Shown here one piece after another: positions 26,019-37,300 of a stretch of DNA of 64,000 nucleotides. The notes below the pieces were generated by a model. That model saw only the letters and a program-made list of their open reading frames with translations, had not been told where the DNA came from and searched no databases. The first letter of the stretch is position 1. Each line of letters opens with the position of its first letter. This DNA comes from Callorhinchus milii (Eukaryota): positions 88,104,001-88,168,000 of the forward strand of contig NW_024704743.1 in assembly GCF_018977255.1 (NCBI RefSeq), read 5' to 3'. The position numbers were made by a program, and so were the translations under genes.

Positions 26019-27629
26019 TAAACAGCAATAACTTGGATTTATATAGTGCCCTCTACGCGAGACGGCGTGTCAGAGCGCTTCACAGTGACAGATCCCGGGG
26101 CTGAGCCAGGGGGAGGGGGAGGAAGGTGATCAAAGGCGTGGTCAAAAAGAAAGGTCTTCAGCCGAGACCTAAAAATAGGAAGAGAGGGGGCGAGGCGAAG
26201 GGAGAAAGAAAAGGAATTCCAGAGCCTCGGGGCATAGTGGTTGAAGGCATGGCCACTGAGGGTGGAGTAGAGGACTCTGGGGACAAGGAGCAGGCGAGAC
26301 CGGTGGAACGAAGACAATAGGCAATGTTGTGAAGAGAGAGGAAGTCAGAGAGGTAGGGGGTGCAGAGGGGTGGAGGGATTTGAAGACAAGAGTGAGGATC
26401 TTGAAGTTGATCCTCTCTGGGACAGACAGCCTGGCAAGGACTGGGGTGATCGGGGAGCAGAGTTTGGTGCGGGTGAGAATGCGGGTGGCAGAGTTTTGTA
26501 TGACCTGAATTTTATGGATGGTAGTGGATGGGAGACCGACGAAGAGCGCATTTGAATAGTTCAGCCGAGAGGTGACAAAGGCATGGACCAGGGTTTTAGC
26601 AGCTTTTGCAGTGAGGTATTGGCGGAGACGGGCGATGCGTCGGAGGTGGAAGAAAGTGGTGCTGGTGATGGACCGGATGTGGGGGAGGAAGGATAATTGG
26701 GGGTCGAACCTGACGCCTAGTTTGGGTACAGGTTCGGACAGTTTTAGGGAAAGGTCAGGTAGGTGGACGAGGTGAGAACCGTGAGATCTTAGACGTTGAC
26801 GAGAGCCAAAAAATATGGCTTTCGTCTTGTCAACATTTAGCTGAAGGAAACTTGCGCTCATCCAGCCCCTGAGGTCTGATAGGCAGGCTGACAAAACATC
26901 AGGGGACTGGGGGTCGCAAAGTGAGGTGGAAAAGTAGAGTTGGGTGTCATCTGCATACATGTGGAAATGTACCCCATGTCTGTGGATGATATCCCCAAGA
27001 GGGAGCATGTAGATCAGAAAGAGTAGGGGGCCAAGGATGGATCCTTGGGGTACCCCACAGGTGACCGGGTGAGAGCGGGAGGAGAAGCCGTTTGTGCAGA
27101 TGTACTGCTGGCGGTTCGTGGTAGGACTCGAACCAGGTGAGTGTGGTTCCACTGAGGTGGATGACGGAGGAAAGGCGGTGAGAAAGGATGGCGTGATCGA
27201 ATGTGTCCAACGCGGCGGAGAGGTCCAAGAGGACAAGGAGGCAGAGGGACCCTTGGTCACAGATAGAGAGGATGTCATTTGTGACTTTCACAAGTGCAGT
27301 CTCTGTACTGTGGGCGGAAACCGGACTGGAGGGGTTCGAAGAGGAAGTGGGAGGAGAGGTGTGCACAGAGTTGATTTGCAACAACGCGTTCTAGGACTTT
27401 TGAGAGGAAGGGCAGGTTTGAGATAGGGCGGTAGTGGCTGGGGTTTGAGGGATCTAGGGGGGGGGGTTTGAGGAGGGAGGTGATGACAGCAGTTTTTTTG
27501 GGGGGCAGGGACTGATCCAGAGGAGAGGGACTGGTTGATGATATCAGCCAGTAGCGGGCAGACGAGGGGGAGCTGGGTGACCAGCAGGTTGGTGGGGAGA
27601 GGGTCGAGGCAGCAGGTGGTGGGTTTCAT
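26019..27629 (-). mobile_element. L2 LINE RT and 3' end, frameshifted
   Basis: [40 protein letters not shown]; tail gggcactatataaatccaagttattg. Confidence 0.95.
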
Positions 27630-27699
27630 TGAGTTTCATACACTCCAATCAAGCACCCCCCACCCCCTCCATAGTCTACTCCACCCATTCCACTCCAAT

Positions 27700-28055
27700 C
27701 AACAACAACATTTATATAGTGCACTGCATGCTACCTGGCATCTCAGAGCCTGGCAGGGTTGGACATTGGGTGAGTAAGAGTGAAGGGAACTAAAGGGAGA
27801 AGGGTCTTAAGGAGGGAATTAAAGATATATAAGGAGAGGGTGACTTCCAGAGTTTAGGGACATAGTGGCTGAAGGCACTACCATCAATGGTGGTGCGGAG
27901 GAGCAGGGGACATGGGGTAAGCCTGTGTCAGCTGAGCAAAGAGGGCGGCCAGAGAGCAGGTAAGAGAGGTGAGGAGTTTCCAGGGCAGGAAGGCAGGATG
28001 GAAGAGTGAGGATCTTGAATGAATTCTTTCAGAGACAGTAAGTGAGTGGAGCCCT
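27700..28055 (-). mobile_element. Old L2 3' fragment
   Basis: Reverse complement has attcaagatcctcactct (FKILTL) and a gcactatataaatgttgttgttg tail. Confidence 0.75.
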
Positions 28056-28100
28056 AGTAGTCTGCTCCATATATTCCTCCAATCATAACCCCCACTCCTA

Positions 28101-29090
28101 GACAGCCTGCCTGTCTGACATCGAGTCTTGGACGAGAGACAACTTTCTTCAGCTCAACGTGCGAAAAACTGAGGCCCTCCTGATTGGCTCAGGAGGGCCT
28201 GAGGCCCTCCTGATCCGCACCTCAGGCGCCGACACCATCAGCATCCAAGGCTGCACTCTCCACCTCTCAAAGCCAGTCAGGAACCTCGGCGTTTTGTTCG
28301 ACCCTGAGCTGTCCTTTCTCCCTCACATCCGCACCACAACTGACACCGCCTTCCATCACCTCCGGAACATCGCCAGACTACGGCACTACCTCACCCCTCA
28401 CGCTGCTGAAACCCTGGTCCACGCCTTTGTCACCTCAAGGCTGGACTATGGGAACTCTCTCCTCGCCGGCCTTCCCGCCACCTCCCTCCACAAGCTGCAG
28501 GTCATTCAGAGCTCTGCAGCTCGTGTACTGTCCCGCACCAGGCTTCGCGATCACATCACTCCCACCCTCGCTCGCCTCCACTGGCTCCCCATCCCCCAGA
28601 GGATTGATTTCACGATCCTCATCCTCACCTACAAGGCCATTCACGGCCTTGCTCCCTCCTACCTCTCCAACCTACTATCCCCCTACCTACCTGCCCGTAC
28701 CCTCCGTTCCTCTGGCTCCGGTCTGCTCCACGTCCCCCGCCCCAATCGCCCTACCATCAGTGGCCGGGCCTTCAGCCTCTCAGCCCCCAGGCTCTAGAAC
28801 TCCATCCCCCAGTGCCTTCGCTGCTTCCTCCCTCTCCTCCTTCAAGGCCGGTCTCAAAACCTTTCTCTTTGACCGAGCCTTCAGCTCCCCTCTCGACTCT
28901 CTTCCCCCTCCTCGCTCCCTCCCTTCCCTCCCCTCACCCTGACCATTTACCCCCTCCTCGCTCCCTCCCTTCCCTCCCCTCACCCTGACCATTTCCCCCC
29001 TGCTCGGGTCCTGACCCAACTGTGCAGCGCCTTGGGACGTCCTCCTGACGTGAAAGGCGCTTTATAAATGGAATCTTGTTGTTGTTGTTG
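28101..29090 (+). mobile_element. Young L2, 5'-truncated, with a fold-back insertion and a ~45-bp tandem duplication in the 3' UTR
   Basis: Highly similar to 9860-10787; (GTT)n tail. Confidence 0.95.
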
Positions 29091-29254
29091 TAGAACTAAC
29101 AAAGTAATGTGATAATTGTCACTGGCGAAACATTAAGGGCATAAAATGTGTTGTTTTGTGCCTTTACAACCTGTCCATTACAACAGGTATTGGACTGAAC
29201 CTTCCCTTTCCCTGACTTCTAGAGTGTTTTCTTCCACCAGGCTGGTCAGAATTG

Positions 29255-29818
29255 AAATGTGAGTCAACGTTTCAGGTTCACGACCCTTTACCTGACCTGC
29301 TGAGTTTTCCCAGCGGTTTTTCAAAACGGTTTCCAGATTATGAAAATCGTTGTCCTTGGTCGAGTGCAACTATTTAACTTCTAATTTAAGATTGTGATCT
29401 AAATTTTAAAGCAGAGTTAAATTGCTGCTCAATGCTCCGAGACGCTGCTCACATGAAGGGTGCTCTATAAATGCAAGTTGTTGTTGCTCCCACAGACAGG
29501 AATAATTTCAGGCTCCAATCTTGTGCAGATTTTATCTTCTGCAGGCTCCAATCTGCCTTTTAATCTGACTGTCAAACAACATAAATTATTTCAGGTGAGT
29601 AATTTACAGTGACATCAAATGGTGACAGAGTCCAATTTAATGAGCCTAAACACAAAATACTGCAGATGCTGGAAATCTGAAAACAAAAACAGAAGTCGCT
29701 GGGAAAACTCAGCAGGTCAGGTAAAGGGTCGTGAACCTGCAACATTGACTCACTTTCCTTTCTCCATAGATGCTGCCTAACCTGCTGAGTGTTCCCAGCG
29801 ACTTCTCTTTTTGTTTTA
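29255..29818. mobile_element. Two inverted copies of a Penelope-terminal-repeat-derived short element (29255-29340 minus; 29650-29818 plus)
   Basis: aaatactgcagatgctggaaatctgaaa..actcagcaggtcagg..gatgctgcctaacctgctgagt resembles shark Penelope ends; a ~55-bp block is shared in opposite orientation. Confidence 0.65.
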
Positions 29819-31149
29819 ATGAGCCTAAAGTTGTGTATGATTTTACTGACTCCCCACCAACACCCAACTCCAAAGGGCCAATTGATGATGCCAGTTAGGT
29901 GTAGTAATTTATTTTTTTCATTTAAAGAGATTGACTTCTACTCAAAAAAGTAAATTAAAAATGCTCATTTGGTGGTGTCACTCTATTCATCTAGGTCTGC
30001 CCTGCGATTGAATTAGAACCATGACCCATTGTTTAAAGAGATCAGTATGAAAGGAAAGCTATCCATAGTTATCTGTTAACAGGATTCAAACCAAAATAGG
30101 GAAATTAAATGAAGGTGAAATGTTGAGAAATCTTTGAGCTATTTAAAGAATTGCATGTCTTTACTGCTTTGTTTTCACAAAAAGTTATTTAGAGTGGCAT
30201 GGAAACAGAACATTCAGCCCAACCAGTCAGTGTCAGACAAAACCTTACTGGGCCTAATTGGCTTTATACATTAATTGATTTCTTAATTTGACATGTATAA
30301 TTATCAACTCTTCACCAAGGCCATCACTACTCTTAGCCATTGCTAGAAAGAATATCAAAGTGGTGCGTTTTCATTCCCTTCCTTGGAGAAATAGTATGGC
30401 TGAGCAATAATCCATTTTCTTAAATGAATTAGTTATCCATTTCTTATTTAGAAATCTATTGGGAAATATCACAAGTTAAACCCCAATGTCATTTTTTCTT
30501 TCTTTAGATCTTTCGTGCCATTGCAAGTTACTTATTTTTGCCAAGAGGTGGTGTTGGCAGATGATTTGCAGCCCTCTGCTGTTCCATAGCCCGTCATAAG
30601 AAGGTCTATGAAAGTGGCCAGGTGGTCTCGCCTCTGATTTGTAGTGGCTCCACACACTTCACGCAAACACCACAATCTCTCTTGTCTGCTTCCTGCAGCC
30701 CACCCATTTGTCTTGACCCCTATAGTCTACTTTGGATACTACTTTTCTCCCACCACCCCCCCCCCCACCCCCCACACACCCACACACATACATACACATG
30801 CCCTATGGTACTCCAGGTGTTTCACTGGAAGTTCTTCTCTGTTTGGTTGCTTTATCTACATTGATCAGTAGGCACTGAATTGAAGACAAACTAAATGTGC
30901 ATCTACCAAGGCAAAATTTTCCTGAGGGGAATGTTTCCTTACCCTCACTCTGGCCATCCAAATGCTACGGGAAGATTCAATAAATAATGCAATCCACAAC
31001 TGAGCCAAACCCCGATGAGCAGCAGTGTGTTCTGCATTGATTTACTATTCACCTGCACAATCCATCTCAACATGTCCATAATTCATGTGGTCTACTATGG
31101 CAGTACTCCTGGGAATCTTGCCACTACATTAAATTGATGCAGTTAATGC

Positions 31150-31420
31150 ACTTGTCTTACTGAGATCCCGTGGAAAGGTGCAAACCTCCTGCCCTCTGTA
31201 AACTCCCTCCCCTCAGCAAAGCATTTGTCTCCTGCTGCATGGCTCAGCACCTTAAACTTTGGTTGACACTCACAAAACCCCAGCGGGAGACCGTCAGAAA
31301 GAAATTGAGGACTGCTGTATGCTTCACCATCCCAGCACTGACTACTGCGGACACCTTGGGTTCCTCTGCCACAATACAAGACTGTTCTGTAACTGGCAAC
31401 CTCATGGAGGAAACCCCAGC
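31150..31420 (+). mobile_element. Possible highly decayed Ty3/gypsy integrase remnant
   Basis: Frameshifted G*HSQ..GET..KEIE..ASPSQH..PWV..HNT..VTG resembles GYHPQTNGQTER.NQEIE..LPW..AHN..ATG. Confidence 0.3.
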
Positions 31421-32527
31421 CTACACTACCAAAGATTCTCAGTGAAGTGTGTACCCAGAGCCTGTAAACTATCTATATTAAGTACAACCTACTGCAAAGA
31501 GTAGTTTCCCTGTGAGAATTTTTCTCTCTGTCTGTTGAAAATCGGAGCAAAAGGCATAGCAAGGCAAATACCATTCAGGGAACCCTTTCCCCCCATCCTT
31601 CTCACCTTTCAAGGACCCCGTAATCTCCCCAAACCTTGATGTAGCAGCTGGAGCACTCATTGAGTCTACATCTCTGCCTGCTCCATTCAGGACTAAATGC
31701 CTGAATGTCTGGAAAGCCAAAGACATAAGGAAGATTCTAGAATGGGCCAATTTAAACGCTGTCCATTAGTTAAATGGTTTAACTGCTGGTGGAAAACTGT
31801 GTGCTCAGTAACCACAAATCACCCCTTGATACAGTGCAGCAAAAATTGACATTTCAGGTTTGAGAGCCAAAACCCACAAATATCCAAATCCCTATATTTC
31901 CCTCTTTGGGAATTATTTTCACCATTGGCACGGGGAAACTCACCCCTTTTAACTGAAAATTTAATAAAATACTGAATAATTATTAACAATTTAAACTTCT
32001 GGCTGTCCCTCCCCCCTGAAATTCAATGGTTTCAAAGCCTGTCTGTGGTATTTTGTATAATTTTTTAAAATCATTTCTAGCTCAGATGGCAAAGGGTGAA
32101 TGTTACTTTAATCGACCTGGAATTATGTGTGTCTGTATTCTGTCCTCCCCCCCTAGGATTTTGATCGTGATATGAAAGTGAAGACCACTTAAATGAAATT
32201 TACATATTTACATATTTATTTTTCCAGGTGCACTTAAACCCACATTATGCCTCCAAATGAAGTACAGTTACGTGTTAGCAGGTTACTGTTAGCATCAGTC
32301 TCGGTTACATTCACACAGACACACACTCACACACACATATCAATGATACAATTGTGTCCAGTATAATTATGAGTAAATGATAAAGTCTTGAAAAATTCTA
32401 TAATTAATTTAGATCAGTTTTTTTGGGAGGTAACTGAACAGACGATGCAAGCAGAGAATCAGATAAAGCTTATAATTTTTTGAATATTGGTTCATAATCT
32501 GTTGTAGCAAATTAGCCTTTGACCGAA

Positions 32528-32735
32528 TAACAAAAACAACAACAACTTGGATTTATATAGTGCCCTCCACACTGGACGGCGTCTCAGAGCGCTTCACAGT
32601 AACGGATCCCGGGGCCGAGCCAGGGGAAGGGGGAGGAAGGTGATCAAAGGCGCAGTCGAAAAGAAAGGTCTTCAGCAGAGACCTGAAAATAGGAAGAGGT
32701 GAAGGGAGTGAGGAAGGAAGTTCCAGAGCCTCGGT
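32528..32735 (-). mobile_element. L2 3' end (same subfamily as 26019-27629)
   Basis: Near-identical tail and 3' UTR to 26019-26230. Confidence 0.9.
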
Positions 32736-32739
32736 GAAC

Positions 32740-33080
32740 AATACCACAATATTGTGCCACTGTTATTCTGCACCTTGCTTGTCACTCTGTGTGTGAATTC
32801 ACAGTCGTTCAGTCATCTCGCCTGCTCCCAATCAATCATATCTTGATATTATCACGGTTTCCGAAGTTGGCATTGATCAACCTTGGAGGAGCCTTAGAAT
32901 TTATCCTCCTCCACCAAATTAACAGTGCTTCAAAACATCCTGCTGTCTGACTGAGAGGAAATGTCACTGACACTTGTCTCACACACACAGGGATAATACA
33001 GAATCTTTTGTGCAAAAATGACTGATTCTCAACCAATTTTCAACTGGTTAGTGAACTCAGTGAGATATTGATTAACAGTG
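32740..33080 (-). pseudogene. RNF213: RNF213-like exon remnant (TEFTNQLK/ENQSFLHKRFCIIP..YQDMID..)
   Basis: ttcctcag acceptor; resembles YEFIYK..GEYVNRCLFIK..QYYDIV; truncated by the L2 insertion. Confidence 0.42.
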
Positions 33081-34957
33081 CTGAGGAATGAAATCCCTTC
33101 CCCTTCTGCTCAATGCACACTGACCAGAGCTTGTATTTTCTCGGTTCACTTCTCATTTGCTATCAGAAACTCAAATATTTTGTTTTTTATGAAAATTAGA
33201 ATATATACCCAATAACTCTGGCTGATACACAGAGCTCCCTATATATGGACTCTTCCTTCTCCCCTCCATCATTCGACCACCAGTGATTACAGACTTACTA
33301 ACAGATAGATTTAACAGGAATCACATACACATTTAACTTCAGAGAACCAAAGTGATCCCCACATCTGTCCCCTGACGAAAACTTAAGGGTTGAGACATTG
33401 ATATCGTTGGTCACTAAAGTTTAGATATCCCGCACGTATCAGATACCCGGCTAACCAAGAAAAAGTATGTATCTATTTATTCAGTGCTCCTACATTACAA
33501 GGCAACTGCCTCCTCTCACCCATCCTCTTCTCAATCCTGTGAAATGCTCCCATGTGCCTGGGGTGTATTTTCCATTGCTCGTACTGATTGTTCTTATTGC
33601 ATCTCTGAGTGAAATTGCCAAATTATGCAGATTTAAAGGGCCATTTTGTGCTGTGATCTCACATCCAGTGGGGAGCAGATTGAGAATGCCCAAACTCATT
33701 TTTCTTAGACCTTTAACAGTTTTTGGAGGAGGAAAACTTCATCCCATCTGGCTGTGTTGGATCCCATCCCAGGTTCCAAAGGTGGAAACACAATGCTGTA
33801 ATCCACAGCACCACCCAGTCCCCAATATCACATTAAACTTACCACATGTCAGAGGGTTTCTGAAAGGGACAGAGCTTTAACAACGGGATGGTGTAAATGG
33901 TTTATTGATACATCATTACTCTTTCAGATGTAAAAAAAATTATCATAAATATATGACCCTACAGGCTATAGTTGTTTTGACAATTACAGTTATCTCAGGA
34001 GAGATGAGACCTAATTGCATTATCATAGAATCATGGCTGATTGTCAATTTTTTTCCATTTAGCTTTTCCCCTTTATTTTGTTAAAATGAAGGTGCCATAC
34101 GCTATCTGAATTCAATAATACCCTGATGGATGATACATTTTCCCAATGGACTAGCCACCAGTATAAATACTGTATTAGGAATGATAGACCATCAATCATG
34201 TCTGCTTCAAACAGATCTGCGTCTCAGGATCATTTGTTATACATTAAATCGGTTTCAAAAAGAAATCTGCACTCCAGCAATTTAAAAGTGGACTGCCTTT
34301 GACTCGGTAACACAGAAATATACTAAGAAACAGCATTTTTTTAAAAAAAGACTCTTTATTAAATCCTGCATTGAATGAATGGTTCCTTTTGTATTGTTTT
34401 CAAAGTTAATTTATCACATGGAGCTTCATGTATTTCTAATGAGATATTTCTGATGTCCTTTATAAGAATAAAGGATCTTTGATTGTTGTGCATTTGCTTT
34501 ATTCATATACAGCACATGAAGATGTAATACCAAGTGGTGACTATCCACGGGGGGGAAAAGAAGGGAAATGGTAGGTGGGGGGGGGGGTCTCTTTGGGACT
34601 GGCAAAAATTAATTGTGACATGCTTAAACAAAGGAGATGTGGAGCTGAGTTAACTTTCTTTGGTGGACATTGGTGATCAGACACCTAAGTAAAGCACATC
34701 CAGTATACGCTAGGGCACTGTTGATAAGTGACCAGCTTGCTTTTTGCATTAATGGGACCTGGATAGGGAGACATGTCACTGGGGACGAGATACTTTCCAT
34801 TCGATTTTGATAACAATGCAATGCCCTAATGGGTAGGATATGCTAGCTAAGCAAGCTTACAAGTGCCCCATATACCTAACCTATGCAATTTTAGTTGGTG
34901 GAGTTCCAGGAGTACCACAAATTTTCTTCAGGTTCACTAATTCTTTGGTTTAGGTTT

Positions 34958-35495
34958 AGAAACACAGAAAATTTCTGCACAGAAGGGGGCCATTCAACCC
35001 ACAAAGTCTGTGCCACTTTTACATAATTTTCTATTTTATTAATTCCACTTCCCAGTTCTCTTCCTATTTCGCTTAATATTTTTAATAATCAGTTTTTTAT
35101 CCACTTCCCATTTGAATGATTCTATTGATCCAAACTCTATAGCTGCTTGTGGCAATGAATTCTAGAAATTCCTTCTGACCTCTTCCCTAATTTTTCTGCT
35201 AACAATCATGTGACTATACACCTCTCTATTCTGATTCTTGAACCACAGGAAATAATGTTTCCCCATCTATCTTGTCATGTCCTTTCACTATCTTAATCAT
35301 CTCTAGCTTATCCTCTTTCAATCTCCTCTACTCTGATGGAAATCTCTCTTCAATAAGCATATCCCAGAAAGAAGGGTATAGAATTGTATGAGAGAGGGAA
35401 TAAAAGGGGTGGAAGCTCATATAGGGTATAAACCGCATTCATGGACAAGATGGACTGAATAGCCTATTCACATGCTGTACAGTCTGCGTAAATCC
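34958..35495. mobile_element. Old CR1 3' ends back to back (minus 34958-35350, plus ~35350-35495); similar tails at ~5860, 19800, 20270, 22255, 47365, 60590
   Basis: cacagaagggggccattcaacccac.. and gatggactgaatagcctattcacatgctgta resemble shark CR1 3' UTR motifs. Confidence 0.6.
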
Positions 35496-35534
35496 ATATA
35501 TATTGACTCATACTTGGTATCATCCTAGTGAATC

Positions 35535-36565
35535 AACAACAACAACTTGCACTTATATAGCGCCCTACACCCCGGGCAGAGTCTCAGAGCGCTTAACAAT
35601 GACAGAGTCCCAGGTTGAGCCGGGGGAGGGGGAAAGTAACCGTACGCGCGGTCAAAGAGGAAGGTCTTCAGGCGCGACCTGAAGATGGGGAAGGAGGGGG
35701 CCAGGCGAACGAGTTGAAGGAGGGAATTCCAAAGTTTTGGGGTGTAATGGCTGAAGGCACAGCCGCTGATGGTGGAGCAGAGGATTCGGGGGAAGCGGAG
35801 GAGACCGGACAGTAGATTGGAGGCAGCGGGGAATGCTGTGGGGAGAGAGGAGGTTAGGCAGATAGGGGAGTGCCAAGGAATGGAAGGATTTAAACACTAG
35901 AGTGAGGATCTTGAAGTCAATCTGCTCTGTGACAGGGATCCAGTGGAATTTAGCAAGGACTGGAGTAATCGGGGTACAAAGTTTGTTGTGGGTGAGAATG
36001 TGGATGGAGGAGTTTTGAATGAGCTGGATTTTGTGGATAGTGGAGGAGGGGAGACCCGCGAGGAGGCAGTTAGAGTAGTCAGCTGAGAGGTGACAAAGAC
36101 ATGGACAAGGCTTTCAGCAGTTTTTGGGGTGAGGTATTGTCAGAGACGGACAATGTGGTGGAGGTGGAAGAAAGTGGTGCTGGTCAGCGACCGAATGTAG
36201 GGGAGGAAGGATAACTGGGGATCGAACCTGACACCTAAGTTGCGCACAGGTTCAGAGAGTTTTAAGGACAGGTTCGGTGTGTTGAGGAGGTCGGAACCAG
36301 GGGACAGAAAACGTCGACGGGAGCCAAAGAGTATGGCTTCCATCTTGTTGACGTTTAACTGAAGGACATTTGCGCTTATCCAGCTCCTAATGTCCGACAG
36401 ACAAGCTGATAGAACATCAGGGGACTAGGGGTCGCAGCTGGAAGTGGAAAAGTAGAGTTGAGTGTCATCCACATACATGTTGAAGTTAACCCCGTGTCTG
36501 TGGATGACATCACTGTGAGGGAGCATATAGATGAGGAAGAGAAGGGAGCCAAGAATGGGTACCTC
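35535..36565 (-). mobile_element. L2 RT C-terminal part and 3' end, decayed
   Basis: [23 protein letters not shown]; (GTT)n tail. Confidence 0.9.
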
Positions 36566-36575
36566 TGCACGGTAC

Positions 36576-36815
36576 CTACTACATCTCTATGTAATTCTTC
36601 CTGTAATTCTCGTGTATAGGCTTGTGGGTATAATTTTCCCCTCCCTCTTCTTGTGCAAGATATTGCACACGTCAGGATAGACAGACACACTGCTTCTTTG
36701 AGCTGTCGGTCACTGGGACTGGACACCCTTAATCATGTCCCGTAAAAGTATTGCTGGACCTACTGCTGGTAGATTCATATTCATAACCAGTGTATCAGTT
36801 TACAATCCTGTCTCA
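36576..36815 (-). pseudogene. RNF213: Possible RNF213-like CBM20-region exon remnant (..KREGKIIP/KPIH..)
   Basis: tgttttccag acceptor; weak resemblance to CISKKHLDKYIPYKYVI; many stops. Confidence 0.35.
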
Positions 36816-36989
36816 CTGGAAAACAATATTGATACTTGCATAATATTTTTGTGCTATTAATTTAGGTCATCCTAACTCTCTGCCATGTCAACATTTTTCA
36901 ATTACAGATGGCTTGATGTCAAATTAAATTGCAAATGATCTCAATGCAATAAATTTATATTAATAATAATCCTTGCATGCAGAACTTAC

Positions 36990-37153
36990 GTGAAGCACGA
37001 GTACCAGACCAACAGTAAATCCACAGTATGAGTATGACACAGTATGCCAGTGGCCTCATCTCCTCGATGAGGTAGAGGTTAAGAACAGAATTATTGCTCT
37101 AGATGTGACGCTTCATTTCAGTAATACTCTCTCGATGGAGGGAGGGAGAACTT
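36990..37153 (-). other. Splice-flanked exon containing a signal-peptide-like ORF (MRPLAYCVILILWIYCWSGTRAS) that ends at a phase-1 donor
   Basis: ttccctttggaacag acceptor; CAC|gtaagt donor; ATG at 37059. Confidence 0.4.
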
Positions 37154-37179
37154 CTGTTCCAAAGGGAATTAAAACAAAA

Positions 37180-37300
37180 AATGCGCAATGTGATTGGTTT
37201 TGCAGTGCCGATACTAAATTCATACCTTACTTCATTAATGTATTTCCCTGATGGTGATATAAATTCGCGTTAGGTTGATTCGGAGGCGGAAGTACATTAT
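37180..37300 (-). promoter_or_regulatory. Putative internal promoter/enhancer (ETS, CCAAT, C/EBP-like; local CpG retention)
   Basis: GCGGAAGTAC 37286-37295, ATTGG 37193-37197, ATGCGCAAT 37181-37189; gtaagg donor at 37230. Confidence 0.4.

Larger units (their letters stand above)
1..37153 (-). pseudogene. RNF213: Decayed multi-exon RNF213 (mysterin)-like gene, N-terminal CBM20/N-arm/stalk portion; continues beyond the left edge
   Basis: More than ten AG/GT-flanked minus-strand segments translate to peptides resembling human RNF213 in the same order (by eye, from memory). Examples: CCHFLLCADAAP~LCHLLTSDASSP; VDLCEWHCMD~VNLCQRCMD; KVELLQTD~KQHLLSID; GCYPKNILHCSSAVIYNR~GRFPAHILDCLSGIYYR; ACVWLEEIF~TKRWLREVF; GKWPKT~KSWPRT; TVGELKEIV~LVGQLELII; DS..VDF..KRL; LHLLWRR~FQLFWRE. 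Most segments contain stops or frameshifts. Confidence 0.7.

Noticed and set aside
30520..30700. RTE-type LINE 3' remnant
   Set aside because: Only a vague zinc-finger-like trace; too decayed to call.
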